A model generated the notes under the pieces. The model did no database searches. It worked only from the letters and a program-made list of their open reading frames with translations, and was not told where the DNA came from. A DNA stretch of 58,979 nt, the filler included, from Sphacelaria rigidula (lineage: Eukaryota): assembly GCA_964200075.2 (NCBI GenBank). It is 9 parts of 9 records of this genome, joined end to end, with 100 filler letters (N's around TTAATTAATTAA, not from the genome) between each part and the next. Parts side by side here need not be neighbours in the genome. Positions count along the whole stretch, not along the records: positions 1 to 6,465 come from CAXNAA020019911.1; positions 6,566 to 13,030 come from CAXNAA020019912.1; 7 more parts are not named here. One strand, written 5' to 3'. A program made the position numbers and the translations under genes. Of the stretch, positions 1 through 11,500 are shown one piece after another (positions within the stretch are counted from its first letter, which is position 1; each line of letters starts with the position of its first letter).

Positions 1-194
1 GACAACCTGGTTTTGACCTTGTATTTCTCCACGTATCCTTCGTCTACTATCTACTCGACCTCCGCAGCGAGAAGAAGGTTGAATCCCCCCCCCCCCCAAT
101 GCAGTTTGTATCTGTGACGTCTCGACTTGCGGTCTGTTTGAACCGAGGTGACACTGGCTCTAAACGTTTTCTTGACCGTCCATAGTTTCGCACC

Positions 195-1813
195 CTAGGA
201 CAAATACGGTCCCGTGAACATTTTTTCGACTTCTGTTCTGATATTAAAAAGCTTGGGTCGTACTGGGCACCAGCGGATATCCTCCTTGGAAAGCGGTTCT
301 GCTTCAAAGTCGCTGAAAGCTCTTCGGCTGATGTTCTCCACCTCCACTGCACCCGCTTGAAACTGAGCGAGGATGCACAAATACAGAAGAAAAAGCGTCC
401 GTGTTTGCTGACTAAGCAGAAGTAGAATAATCTTCCCTCCTTCCAACTCCACGCTCCATCCCTGTTGTTCTGAAATGGGATGAGCAAGCGTGTATTCCTA
501 TGTCGATACTCCTACACCAATACTGTACATGGCATTAGCTGCACATCTGGGATAGCTGGGGACCTCCTACATGTATGACGGGCAGGAGATCGGCGATTAG
601 GACGAGATGTACATATGAAAAAATTCACTAGAGCGAGATATCATCGCCTGCCCATTGCGGGAGGCGTTAGCGTCCCGCAGTCATGGATGGGGTAGAGAAT
701 ACGTTTTCCCGAGTCTAGTATGAACAACGATGCGATCATCTATTTTGTCGAGCAATTGCCATGGTTAAGCATAACCTCCTATGTGACGCCTGTGTGGCAC
801 ATTTTGTCTCACCGCCTCTTCCATCTATCATGATGTCGTAGAGCTTCAGCTTCGTGCCCATCAAGTACCGAACAGGCGTACGAGAGCATACCTCGGGTTT
901 AAGGCACACCAGCGAGTGGTCTGCGTCTGAGCGTTCGTGGTTGCCGGGTCAATAGTCGTGCTTCCATTTCACCTGACATAGAGACGGGTGGGTTTGAAAT
1001 GTGATCCGTTGTTCAATCCAGGCCAGTACGTTGGGACACGTGACCTCCAGTCGATCTGATCGCGGCTTCCTGCCGGACACGCTGGGAGACGGCAGCATGG
1101 CATAGGTGGATGCCGGATACGCGAGGGGGGTGGATACGCATCAGACTCTAGTTTTATACACACGGGATGCTCGGCAGCCGACGCATCATCGCGACTGAGC
1201 GTTGATGAAAGTATTCCGTCTTCAGATTGGTGAATGTTGTGATGGGTGTGTCTGTCCGTGGCACTTGTGGGGGGGAATACTGTTCGTATACGCATCATCG
1301 GCATCCACCTCAGTCGTCATGACTCACATGCGGTGCGGCTCTCCGTTTTCCATGGCGTCCTCTCGCCTCCTCTTCGCGCCATAAAACGCTTCTCGGCTCA
1401 GGAGCCCTCCAATGAACTCTTTGGCATCTGCATATGTTGTGGATTCCCCGCACATAGCGCCTAAAACGGACCTGCGGATCTGCCTTCCTCCCTCAGAGAG
1501 GCGACGATATCTGGCTTCGACAGTTTTGCCCAAAGTTCACGGATGCTGTCGCATATCGCGCTATCACCGTTCCTCCTCTTTCTGCCATTTGCCAGGTTGG
1601 AATCAATCAGGTTCACAAACCGCGGGTGTTTCTGGAGGAGAGACGTCGTGAGCTCCCTTATTTCGTCGCATGTCGCCTCTGTATTCAGCCACTTCTGCTC
1701 TTCCTCTGACTCCACAGCGTTGAGAAATACGTCTGCGGCTTTGCACAGTGATTGTTTTAGGTTCCATGCTGACGTCCTCCCCATTACTTGAGGTCGGTCT
1801 CGCCCCTCAGTCC
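195..1813 (-). pseudogene. Decayed, apparently intron-containing gene, probably a DNA-transposon transposase N-terminal part (Sola2-like motif order)
   Basis: An exon-like block ~1813-1328 (cccAG..GTGAGT) needs a frameshift near 1490. A further block reads PVRYLMGTKLKLY (~880-835). A block near 360-185 reads VRPKLFNIRTE followed, after a frameshift, by CSRDRICPRVRNY. Family assignment is from motif memory only. Confidence 0.35.
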
Positions 1814-1934
1814 TGGGTGATATCAAATACGTATTGAGGTGTGACATCCTTCAGCTTTACCATAGTTCGGCCATGCGAACATATGTTTCAGCAAGCCATA
1901 CCTTGTCGGCGCCTAATCTCTTGTTCGAATTTGG

Positions 1935-3120
1935 AATGCCCTTGCCTCGCCGGCGACTGGCGATGGCAAGCCTCGTATACGAAGGAGACTCCCTTCGAGG
2001 TCTTTGTATTTTGATATCCGTTGCGTGCCTTGAAAAAAGTGATGAAAAGAAGTCGGCTTATTTCTCCGTAGGGCAAGGTGATTGATCTATAGGTTATGTT
2101 GTGTTGGCGTGTATCGTAGCAACAACGCATATCCTATTCGGGGGCGGCCTCTGACTTGATAAAAAATTGCCACGTTTGGATCTCCTTCGTGTGTGAGGCT
2201 CTTATGAGGCCCATCCAAGAATATAAATACTATGCTTGCTGCTTTGCCGGTGATTGGCGACGGCGAGCCTCATATACGAATGAGACTCCCTTCGAGGCTG
2301 TTATATTTGGATATCCGTTGCGTGCCTTGGAGAACGCGATGAAAATATGTGGGCGTGGGCCCATCTCTTCATAGGGCAAGATGATCCATCTATATGTGAG
2401 GTAACGTTGGCATGTACCGTAGCAACACAACGCGTATCCTACTCGAGGGCGGCCCCCGACTTCATCAAAGATTGTCAAGTTTGGGTCTCCCTCGTGTATG
2501 AGGCTCTCATGAGGCCCATGTAAGAATATGCGTATTATGCTTGCTACTTCGCCGGCGGTTGGCGACGGCGAGCCTCATATGCGAAGGAGACTCCCTTGAA
2601 GTTCTTGGTATTTTGTTATCCGTTGCGTGCCTTATTCAAGCGATGGAACGAAGTGGGCCTATACCTCCATAGGGCGAGATGATTCATGATTCATCGATAG
2701 ATTAGGTCATGTTGGCATGTACCGTAGCAACAACGCATACCTTACTCGGGGGTGGCCTCTGACTTGATCAGAGATTGCCGAGTTTGGGTTTCCTTCGTGT
2801 ATGAGGCTCTCGTGAGGCCCGTCTTACAACATTAATATTATGCTTGCTTCGTCGGCGACTGGCGATGGCAAGCCTCATATACGAAGGAGATTCCTTTCAA
2901 TGTCTGTGTATTTTTATTTCCGTTGTGTGTCTTGCAGGGCACGATGAAAAGATGTGGGCCTATCCGTTAGATTAGGTAACTACGTTGTTGGCATGTACCG
3001 TGGCACCACACTGCATATCCTATTCGGGAGCGGCCTCTAACTTGATCAAAGATTGCCGAGTTTGGGTCTCCTTCGTGTATGAGGCTCTGATGGGGCCCGT
3101 CGAGGAATAAAAATATTATG
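1935..3120. repeat. Tandem array of four ~300-bp units, each carrying an inverted ~22-bp motif pair
   Basis: GGCGAyGGCrAGCCTCrTATrCGAAkGAGA recurs at ~1959, 2255, 2561 and 2861. Its reverse complement TCTCCTTCGTGTrTGAGGCTC occurs at ~2181, 2487, 2790 and 3067. Confidence 0.9.
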
Positions 3121-5011
3121 CCACATGTTTCTGCACTGCTATAGCTGGAATGCCATGGTAGGCATTGGCGTCTCATTTGATGTTGCGAGTCATTCATGTG
3201 TTGCTCTACGTTACAATTTGCTCGGGTTAAAATTCCATCCCTGGCATTTCGAAACCTTGCTCTACGGAGGGTGGTTTCCCCCCTCGGGTTGATGAGGTGA
3301 ATCGGCATTATTTCCATTGTTTAAAAAAAATAACTGATACCAGGTCACATAATGGCCCCTGTGTGCAGACACTAGGTTCGTTGAATACCGGTCCCGACAG
3401 AATTGATGCCGCATTTTCGGAACCATTACCGCACCCCTACCATGGCATCACTTAACGTGTGGTCTCCTCCCTTGGTAGGGTCTACTATACTAATCGGTTG
3501 TCACGTCTGTATCTACCGGGGACAATGAATAATTCTTTAATGCGGTCTTCCTGGGTTAATCAAGGGGAAGGTGCCCATCTGCTCAAAAATCTGGGCCATT
3601 TTTTTCTCGTTGATTAAACCCCATGTCTAGTAATTCCTATACCTAGCGGAGAGAGTGTCCACACTAGAATCTATATGAAACTCTGAACAATAGATTAAGA
3701 GGATGATGATAATTTTCGAAGCGGACCTTCCCTGGAGCACGGGGAGACGATATATACCCTCACCTTCACCTAATTCGTGATCTATCTCGAGATATGGCGC
3801 ACATAGGTAGAGGCACCAGATGACCTAAATCTGGATATCGCGTCTCTGTTTTTGAGAGTTGTACTATGAAAATTGGTATGGAGAACCGCTAGTATGTAAT
3901 AAAATCAAAAATACAGTTTTTTTTTTCCCCGTTTTTTGTCGTTTTTTTTCATATTTTCCCGTCTTTAGGAGAGTTTTGAGGAGAGATAACCATTGCTCTT
4001 GGGCCTTATCTCAATTCTTCACCTCAATTTTTAGAATAGTGATTTGAAACTTGGCGTGGAGAACGACAGAGGTATGCTGAGTAAAAAAATGGGCCTTCAT
4101 TTTTTTTCTTCCATGAGAGGTTCGGGCGTTCTCGTAAAAAAATGGTCGTTACAATACTAAAACGCCCTCAATCAGTGAAAAAAAAAAGCTCACCCATTTT
4201 TTTTGGTTCATCATGACCTAGCGAGGTCTCACACAAAGTGTCAACCCACGAACACCAAACGTGGGCCGATAAACGACCTGCAAAATACTGTTCCGACTTT
4301 CCGCCGACCCGGTTTTCCGAAGGTAAGTTTTGCGTTTTTTTTCTTGGAGTTGGACAGTGAAATATGGGATGGACAGTCAACAGGGCATGAAGAAAAGCTG
4401 CCTGTGAGGTCCCGAAGATTTTTCAATTTTTTTCATGAGTTGAGGGCAATAATCAGTTTTGAGGTTTTGACAAAATGCCCTAAACTCATGAAAAAATAAA
4501 AATAAAATTTTCGGGACCTCACAGATAGCTTTTCTCCATGCCATGTTGATTGTCCATACCAATTTTCACTTTCCAACTCCGAGAAAAAAATTGCGAATTC
4601 GCCTGCGAAGTACAAATCCGCTTGTAGGCTGGCCCAGCGTATGTATGGTGCGCACTACTGTCTCACCACTTCGTTTTCCATTTCACGTCACAGAATTGAA
4701 AGTTCAGTGACGTATTATTTTTTTTCCCATACATATATGCTCTCGTGCCCTGATTACGTGCTCAAATTGCTGGCGCTAGGCAGCTAGAGTATACCGCGAT
4801 TTCGGAGAGATGTGGAGCCGAATGGCGTAATTTCCTTGCCTCCGGCGGCGCCCCCTCACCAGCCGGGGGGCGGGGGGAGCGTTTACGCGACTCCGCCGCG
4901 TTGCCTCACCAGGCAACGCCGGCGGAGTCGCGGGGCGGCTTCGCCGCCAGTTATCCAGTTTTAACTGGTAACTGTAACTGGTTGTAATTTTAATTTTCTG
5001 AAACCAGTGCA

Positions 5012-5226
5012 CCCTTAGACCCCGGTGCGTGTTGTTCATCTGGATCACGCACATTTTGTTCAAGAGAAAAATGATACCGATTCAGCAGGTGACCTACCCT
5101 CGCCGTCCAAGGCTTAAACCTTAACCCTTGGACCGCGAGGTTAGTCTTCTATTGAATCGGCATCAATTTCAAGTGAAAAGAAGTATGCATGATCCAGAAA
5201 GACTAATCTCGCGGTCTAAGAGTTGA
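5012..5226. mobile_element. Two adjacent, oppositely oriented ~100-bp piggyBac-type MITEs
   Basis: Ends are TTAACCCTTrGACCGCG..CGCGGTCTAAG(G/A)GTTrA. The internal GAATCGGCATCAATTT motif is in opposite orientation in the two copies. Related copies at ~5740-5818 and 37342-37443. Confidence 0.6.
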
Positions 5227-6037
5227 CTGACTAGCTAAACCAGTTCACAACTCTACTAAATATGGGCCGGTTGATGAGCCTGCCAACTACAAATTCGCTT
5301 CTCGACTGGCCCAGCTCGTACCTCTTGGGGGTGACAAGCAATGTGACGTGAAATAACGTTCGACCGCAAAGTGTGTCGACACTTGAGCAGGCATCATGTT
5401 CCGAAAGTTCTGATGAATGCCATTGGAATTTCCGGCCATGTTCACTTCAAAAGTAGCAAAACGATTCGTGATTTTCGATACCGGTCATGCTACCCGTACA
5501 CCCGCAGCAATAGCACGTTCTGTACTCCGTGATCGATAACCTCAGACTCACGTGTGCTGTCGTACCGGAGCAGTCGTAGGGGGATCAACGGCATCTACTC
5601 CCGACAGTGCCGTGCTTCCACATAAGAAACTACGGACTACGAACCGGTTATGATCGAGTCCATATACAGGAGCGCCAAACTGTATTGGACGCGAAAGTGA
5701 CGTGAGAAATGTTGTTTCTTGATTCCTCAACGGCAAGAGTAGGCCATCTGTTGAATCGGCATCAATTTAACTTGAAAAAGGTTTATGTCATCCAGATAAA
5801 CTACCCTCGCGGTCTACACTCGGAAGCAAGAACGACATCTATGACTTCATGACTTCTCAGCACGAAAGACAAGATTTGTGGGCGTACGTCATACTCGCGA
5901 CACGAACAGGATCAACTGCTTGTTAATTGACGCCTTGTTGCCCATCGATGTTACTGTTACTGTATTGTACTATTATGCCGCATCGCAGGTTCATTACTGC
6001 AGTACAGCACTGAAGGGGAGTTCCAAATCCTGCTCAC

Positions 6038-6465
6038 CTTCACGACTTTGACGCTTTCATTGGCAGCCACCGCGGGAGACCCCATTGTATCAAACCTAAA
6101 GAATTGCATCCAATTGACCACCTCGCACGAGGCAAATGAGATCTGCGTATTTTTCATTTGAAACGCCCCCACGTCTACGTTCGTCATGCCTTTTGGCATA
6201 CCCTCCGGTGCTTTCTCATGGCAGTACAGAGTGATTCCGTTAGCGCCCGCCACAGGCCGACCCCATCGAGGTCTGACAAGATCGCAGCCCAATTCCTCCG
6301 CAAGAACCCAACTAGCTAGGGTTCTAATCGCCGAGCTACCAGCACCATCCAGCGGTTTGTCTGCTTCGAACAGGCAGGGTGATCCTAACTCCCCTAGTTT
6401 AACTGCGGTCGGTCTCAAGCGATCTCGAAGGTCGTAGCGAGGGTACAACCCCGCCGGGACAGTTG
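6038..6465 (-). CDS. Exon of an uncharacterised protein (CLFEA..DGAGSSAIRTLASWVLAEELGCD..W..LYCH..C.VVNW..FF); possibly glycosyltransferase-like; open at contig edge
   Basis: Open frame runs to the contig end and has globular-protein composition. Donor AAG|GTGAGC at 6037. Function is not recognised with certainty. Confidence 0.6.
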
Positions 6466-6565
6466 NNNNNNNNNNNNNNNNNNNNNNNNNNNNNNNNNNN
6501 NNNNNNNNNTTAATTAATTAANNNNNNNNNNNNNNNNNNNNNNNNNNNNNNNNNNNNNNNNNNNN
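6466..6565. other. Artificial contig-joining spacer N44-TTAATTAATTAA-N44
   Basis: Identical 100-nt spacer with stops in all six frames, repeated every ~6564 nt. Confidence 0.98.
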
Positions 6566-6630
6566 GGATGCGTGGTCAATGGTCAAACGACTAAGGCAAG
6601 CAACAAATGAGTACGCCCCCCCCCTCACCC
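6566..6630. repeat. Dispersed repeat (probable transposon terminus) GGATGCGTGGTCAATGGTCAAACGACTAAGGCAAGCAACAAATGAGTACGCCCC
   Basis: Near-identical copies at ~22950-23010, 31261-31330 (rc), 43075-43130 (rc) and 43672-43735 (rc), always abutting a poly-C/G run. Confidence 0.85.
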
Positions 6631-7970
6631 TCCTCCTTCCCCTCCTCTGCCCTTTTGAGACCATGGACTCTTTCTGAGGAGAGGGGGGGGGGAGGTCACA
6701 GACAAGCGCTAACGGAGAAAGGTTTGCTTGATGTAGCTTTTTTCTCGAGCAGCAGCGGAAAGATATGAATTATGATCCAAAACAAGCTGGGCTTTTTTGA
6801 CGGTTAGAACATCTTCTTCCGATATTGGTCCGAAAATATTGATTTTTGAAGGCGGGAAACGACACTGATCAAATGTCATGCTTGCATTTCAAGCGCACTC
6901 GTTACAACAAACATTCACTTCACAGCTCACAGTATCCATAGGAAAACATTTCACTTGCAAGGTAATTCCACCGCAAGAACCCGTGTTTTTTGGGTTTCTC
7001 ATTTTTTTTCCCGATTAATTTGATCCAGTTCATATGATGTTCGACTCTTTTCTCAAGACATATGGCACGAGAACAAAGTATGAGTGGCTCCACCGTAGGG
7101 GGGGCACAATTTTGTTTTGAGGCTCTGCACTGCCGGAGTCTGTCGATGACAAACATCTGGGCCTTACTGTGCAGCCTCAGAAACCTTTTGGGCTAAAAAG
7201 TGCACCCCTACTTTAGAATCACTCGTGTTCCGAAATCATTGGAGCCACTATCGTAACATCACGGTTGTAGAGAGGACATGCATGTCCAAAACGCATTTTT
7301 TCTCATTTTCCGCACGCGGGCAGGTGTTCAAAATATTACATCATAGCCCTTCAACCTCACATAGAAAAGCTCTGGTGACACTTTTTCATGCTTCTTTCGC
7401 AGACTAGCCTACGTAGCGGGCGCCAAAAGGTTGAGACCTGTGACGCCAGCCAGTGGAACAACTGCTGGATCACTGCTGTTGAGGGACTCCCCAGTCTTAC
7501 TGGCCTCAGTTTCAGTTGTCAGCCTTTTCAACGTGCTCATTATCCAGGAGTGCCCTTGTAGGCACAGTCTCCTAGACACGCCAGGGTATCAACCTAGTGT
7601 CCCCGGTCATTATCCAGATCATCACTACCAACTCAATGTAACGGCGTTAAATCGTCACAGCACCCCCAAAGCGCGTTAGACGAAAATCGATCAACAAGCT
7701 TGACACATAGAAAACGCCAAAACGATGAGTAAGTCACAACTGAATACCAAACTCCTTCGAAATACGAGACCGGCCCTGAACGGTGGTTTTCCGACGGGAC
7801 ATGAACAGACGCACATACATACAAGCGGGGAATTTTTTTCCCCGAGCACGCCACTGACTTCGACATGACCCGTAAGAAATATGTCGGTTTAATTTCTATC
7901 ATACTGTATGAGTTTCTCCGGCTCACGTTTTCGCTTGAACACCCGTTGTGTGCTCCCTCGTTGTTAGATC

Positions 7971-8525
7971 ATGACGATCGAGCGGTCGGAGGCGCAATCG
8001 ATCGAGCGGCCTCGAAACATTGTGCATGTGCAACAGCTCGAGGAGTCGCTGGCGGTCACGTCATCCAGTAGTGACCCGATCCAGTTGGAAGCGAAGCAGA
8101 ACCTCCTCAACTACTGGAAGGTATATTTTGTCGGCCAATACCGCCACGCTTACGAACATCTCTACATCGGGCTGCAGCGCTCAGGGCAGATAAGCGAGCT
8201 CCTCGCTCTCGAATCATTCAGGCGTGACGGGCGACAGCAGCCCCTGCAGCGAAGAGAGTCCGACCTTGTCGGGGACTTCATCGGGGATGCTAAGGAGGCG
8301 AAGCACGTTCTGGATGGTCTCGTCGCTTCCATCGTTGAGGAGCAGCCGGAACTGGAGATCCAAGCGGGACCCGTGAAAAATGAAAAACGTGCAATGCTGA
8401 AGGCGAAAGAAAATCCAGACGGTCTGCGCGCTCTCACAGACTATGCCCGCACCTCCGTCATATGCTCGACAGCTCATGACCTGAAGAAGGTGCACGACTG
8501 GTTTGTCGAAAAACGCGATCCCCAG
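7971..8525 (+). CDS. Exon 1 of RelA/SpoT-TPR gene: N-terminal region and first half of synthetase domain
   Basis: ATG 7971 lies just after an acceptor-like ttgttAG (7966-7967). Donor CAG|GTACGT at 8526. Encodes GPVKNEKRAMLKAK and LTDYARTSVIC. Confidence 0.85.
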
Positions 8526-11500
8526 GTACGTAAACCTGCTCGTGGCAACTTGTTCGCTTCAGCCAGGCTGTCTTCAGACACCTTTCCTGGGAAAGGTGCA
8601 AAGCTGGTAGCGGTGGTGTGCATGTTTAGTTCTTCCATGTTCCAAGCGCACGTGCCGGGAGTAACTGTTGATATTTTGGTCAGTTAAACAGCAATAATAT
8701 ATTTCAGGGTACATGTACGATACCCTTGGAGTGTTTCGCTTTGATGGTATCTGCTGATCATGTGAATGAGCCAGGCGGTGGATGAGCCCTTCTCTCCTCT
8801 ATTCCTTTCTTCCTCTATTCCTCGCTCCCTCTGTTCTCCACCTCTCTCTTACTCTCAGGCAATGAGTTTCCCGTTCAACCCCAGATTAAGGAAAGGATTT
8901 TCCTGGATGAATCGTGAACAATGGAATGGACTCACTGTCTGAATTTCATTGTTCTGTCTGCTGCTATCTTGCTGAAACGATGACTACACTTTTAGTGGGT
9001 GCACGTCGATTCCAAATACGCGCTTTTCGATTTAGATCGGCCGCCCGCCTATATCGCGTTTGGCGATCAACTTGACTCTGGGGATCGCACGCCCGTAGAA
9101 AGCAAACTCGCCTCAAACCTTCGTGATGCGTCAGAAAATAACATACTTATGCGCTGAACTCGGAACGAAAATGTGAAGTAAATGCTCTTCTTTTTTATGT
9201 GTTTTACTGTGCTTGTCGTTAAAACCAGGTAGTCGATGTACCTCTCGTGAGAAACACCTTCCGCGGGAATTACCAGCCGAACGGGTACAGGGACATCAAG
9301 CTGATCGTGGAGTTGGGCCTAGGTGATGACTCTAGTGTACCACGGAGGACCCACTTGTGTGAGGTTCAGCTACACTTCAAACCCTTTTTCTCGTTGAAAG
9401 AAGGTAACCACAAAATATATGAGTGGGCCAGGGAGCTTCAGGTGCGGCACAGAATGGACCCTCAGCAGCTGTTTAAAGGCATGCGCTCTGAGCTTCTTGA
9501 CGAAATGATTCGCTTGGCGCAAGAGGATTGGAGCGGCCTTAGGCGCTTCGCTTTAGCAGATCTGCTGACGACCGCACGGCGCCATGATGAGGCGGGAGCA
9601 CTCCTGCAAGAGGTATGGCATACGGAACCTGTATACTTAGCGGCAGTGAGGCTCGCCTGGGTGCCTTCATTGGCCTCCTATCCCGCCGGCCACTGACATG
9701 AAGATTATGCAAGGATCAAGCTATTTCATCAGTGATGCAACATGTATGGTTCTTCTCCAATGAGGAAAGAGGAAAGCAAGCCGTATGTCCATCTCGAAAT
9801 TCCGCTGCACACCGTGCAGCAGTGTGTATCCACGAACCCCCTCAATGCAAGTCGTACGCTCGTCCATACGTGAAGTCTGGTCCTTTCATATTCCGCAGAT
9901 GTTCGATGATGCATTTGACCGCGTGAGGGACGCCGTCGACGCTGGAGAAACCCCGGAAATTCATTTCGTGGAGGGTTTTCTGAGGGCCGCGAACGAACTA
10001 TCGCTCAACTGCTGCGTGCGGGTGAGTGAGTGGGTCTTCATCAAAGGGGCACTTGTCGCAAAGCTGATGAGCTATGGAATGTTGTTGACTTGTGGCGAGC
10101 ATTAATCTACGGATGGTCATCGCATACGCCGTTGCTCTGATAATGCTGGTGATGCTCGAACACGCTAAAAGTAGGACCGGCGAGTGTGCGATAACGTTTC
10201 CGGAAAACGACTGTCATCGGCGCACCATATCAGATACCCTCCTCGTCTGTTAAGTGTGGAGGAGCGTAGAACTGTCGCATGTGCGATGCACAATCTAGTA
10301 CCGTAGGTGGGTTGTGAGAAATTGCAAAACGCACTTCTTCTACCTCCACTTCCTGACAGGGGGCATATAAAAAGGCTGAAGAATTGGCCGAACTCGCCAT
10401 GAGTTGTACAGGCGCTGGTTTCGGGGAAGGATACTCTGCTCTGAGCACGACCTACTGCAATCTAGCATCAACGGAATACATGAAGGTGAGGAACCGCAGT
10501 GCACGTCTTGTATGGAACACCGAAATTCTCCTCCGGTGGCCTCGGCCACCTCATTGGAAGAGCCGCATATCCGTGCGGTCGACACTTCTCAGTGACAGGC
10601 GCACAGGTGCAGGGTGTACGAAACGCAGACGATGCCGAAGTCACGCGCTGTCGAAACTGATCCCCGCGTGTAACATATTGATGCCTGGACAGAACATTAT
10701 CACGCGTCCACAGTCCATGCGCGATGGGCAGAGAGACCTCACGTCGCAAGTTTATTCACAAAAGCCTCCGCATATTTACTGTCGGCAAATAGGGCAATCT
10801 CGAGAGGGCGCGTGAGCTCGCACACAAGGCCGTTCAGCTTTCCTCAGGAGTGGGTTCTCAGCATCCGCAGTACGCTACAGACATGAACAACTTGGCCTTG
10901 GTGCTGTGGAAGCTGGTGAGCGGCCTGTTTGACCTACTGTACAACGCATTGATCAGTGCATACAGGGGCGTTGGCAAAGAACTAGCCTTGCTTGCGTCAA
11001 GTGCGACGCTTCCATGCTGCTCCCACGTTTACCTGGTGCTCTGGGTGGCGAGATTTTCAAAGCGCTCAACGTACATATAAACGGTTGGAATGATGGTTCC
11101 CATGTGTCGCCTGATCCTGGCCGTTTCTATCGGTCCCATCTCCAGGGGGAGATGGACGACGCTGAGGCCATGCTTCGGACGTGTGCCAGGATTCAACGGC
11201 GTTTTGGGGAATACGACACTGAGAGAGAGGACTGCCCCGACACGATCCCCACCACCGTCTACGCTGATGCTATCTCCAATTTGGCCGTGTTTCTGCGGTC
11301 TAAGGGGGTGCGTTGTTGCACCTTTTCCGCAGCTACCCTTTTCGGAGCAGAGCGTTGTGTGTTTGGAATCGCATAGATAGCGCTGGATGGCCATATTTGG
11401 TGGTAGTGCGACGTACTCGTATCTCGCGCGGTCTATAGCACCTGCTGCGGTGGAGAACGACGGTCGAACTTCCTCTTGCTCCAGCTAGAGCGATCGCTGG

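Noticed and set aside
6510..6521. Recurrent TTAATTAATTAA palindrome as a biological motif
   Set aside because: It is always centred in exactly 88 Ns. It is a six-frame-stop assembly linker.
8526..8687. C-terminal part of ORF 7971..8687 (and similar tails of ORFs 9247..9696, 9785..10105, 10850..11080)
   Set aside because: These are read-through into introns past clear GT donors. Domain homology continues in the next exon instead.
7971..9612. Bacterial contaminant SAS gene or canonical plastid RSH
   Set aside because: Spliceosomal introns split the domain, and no HD/TGS domain is seen in the recovered sequence.
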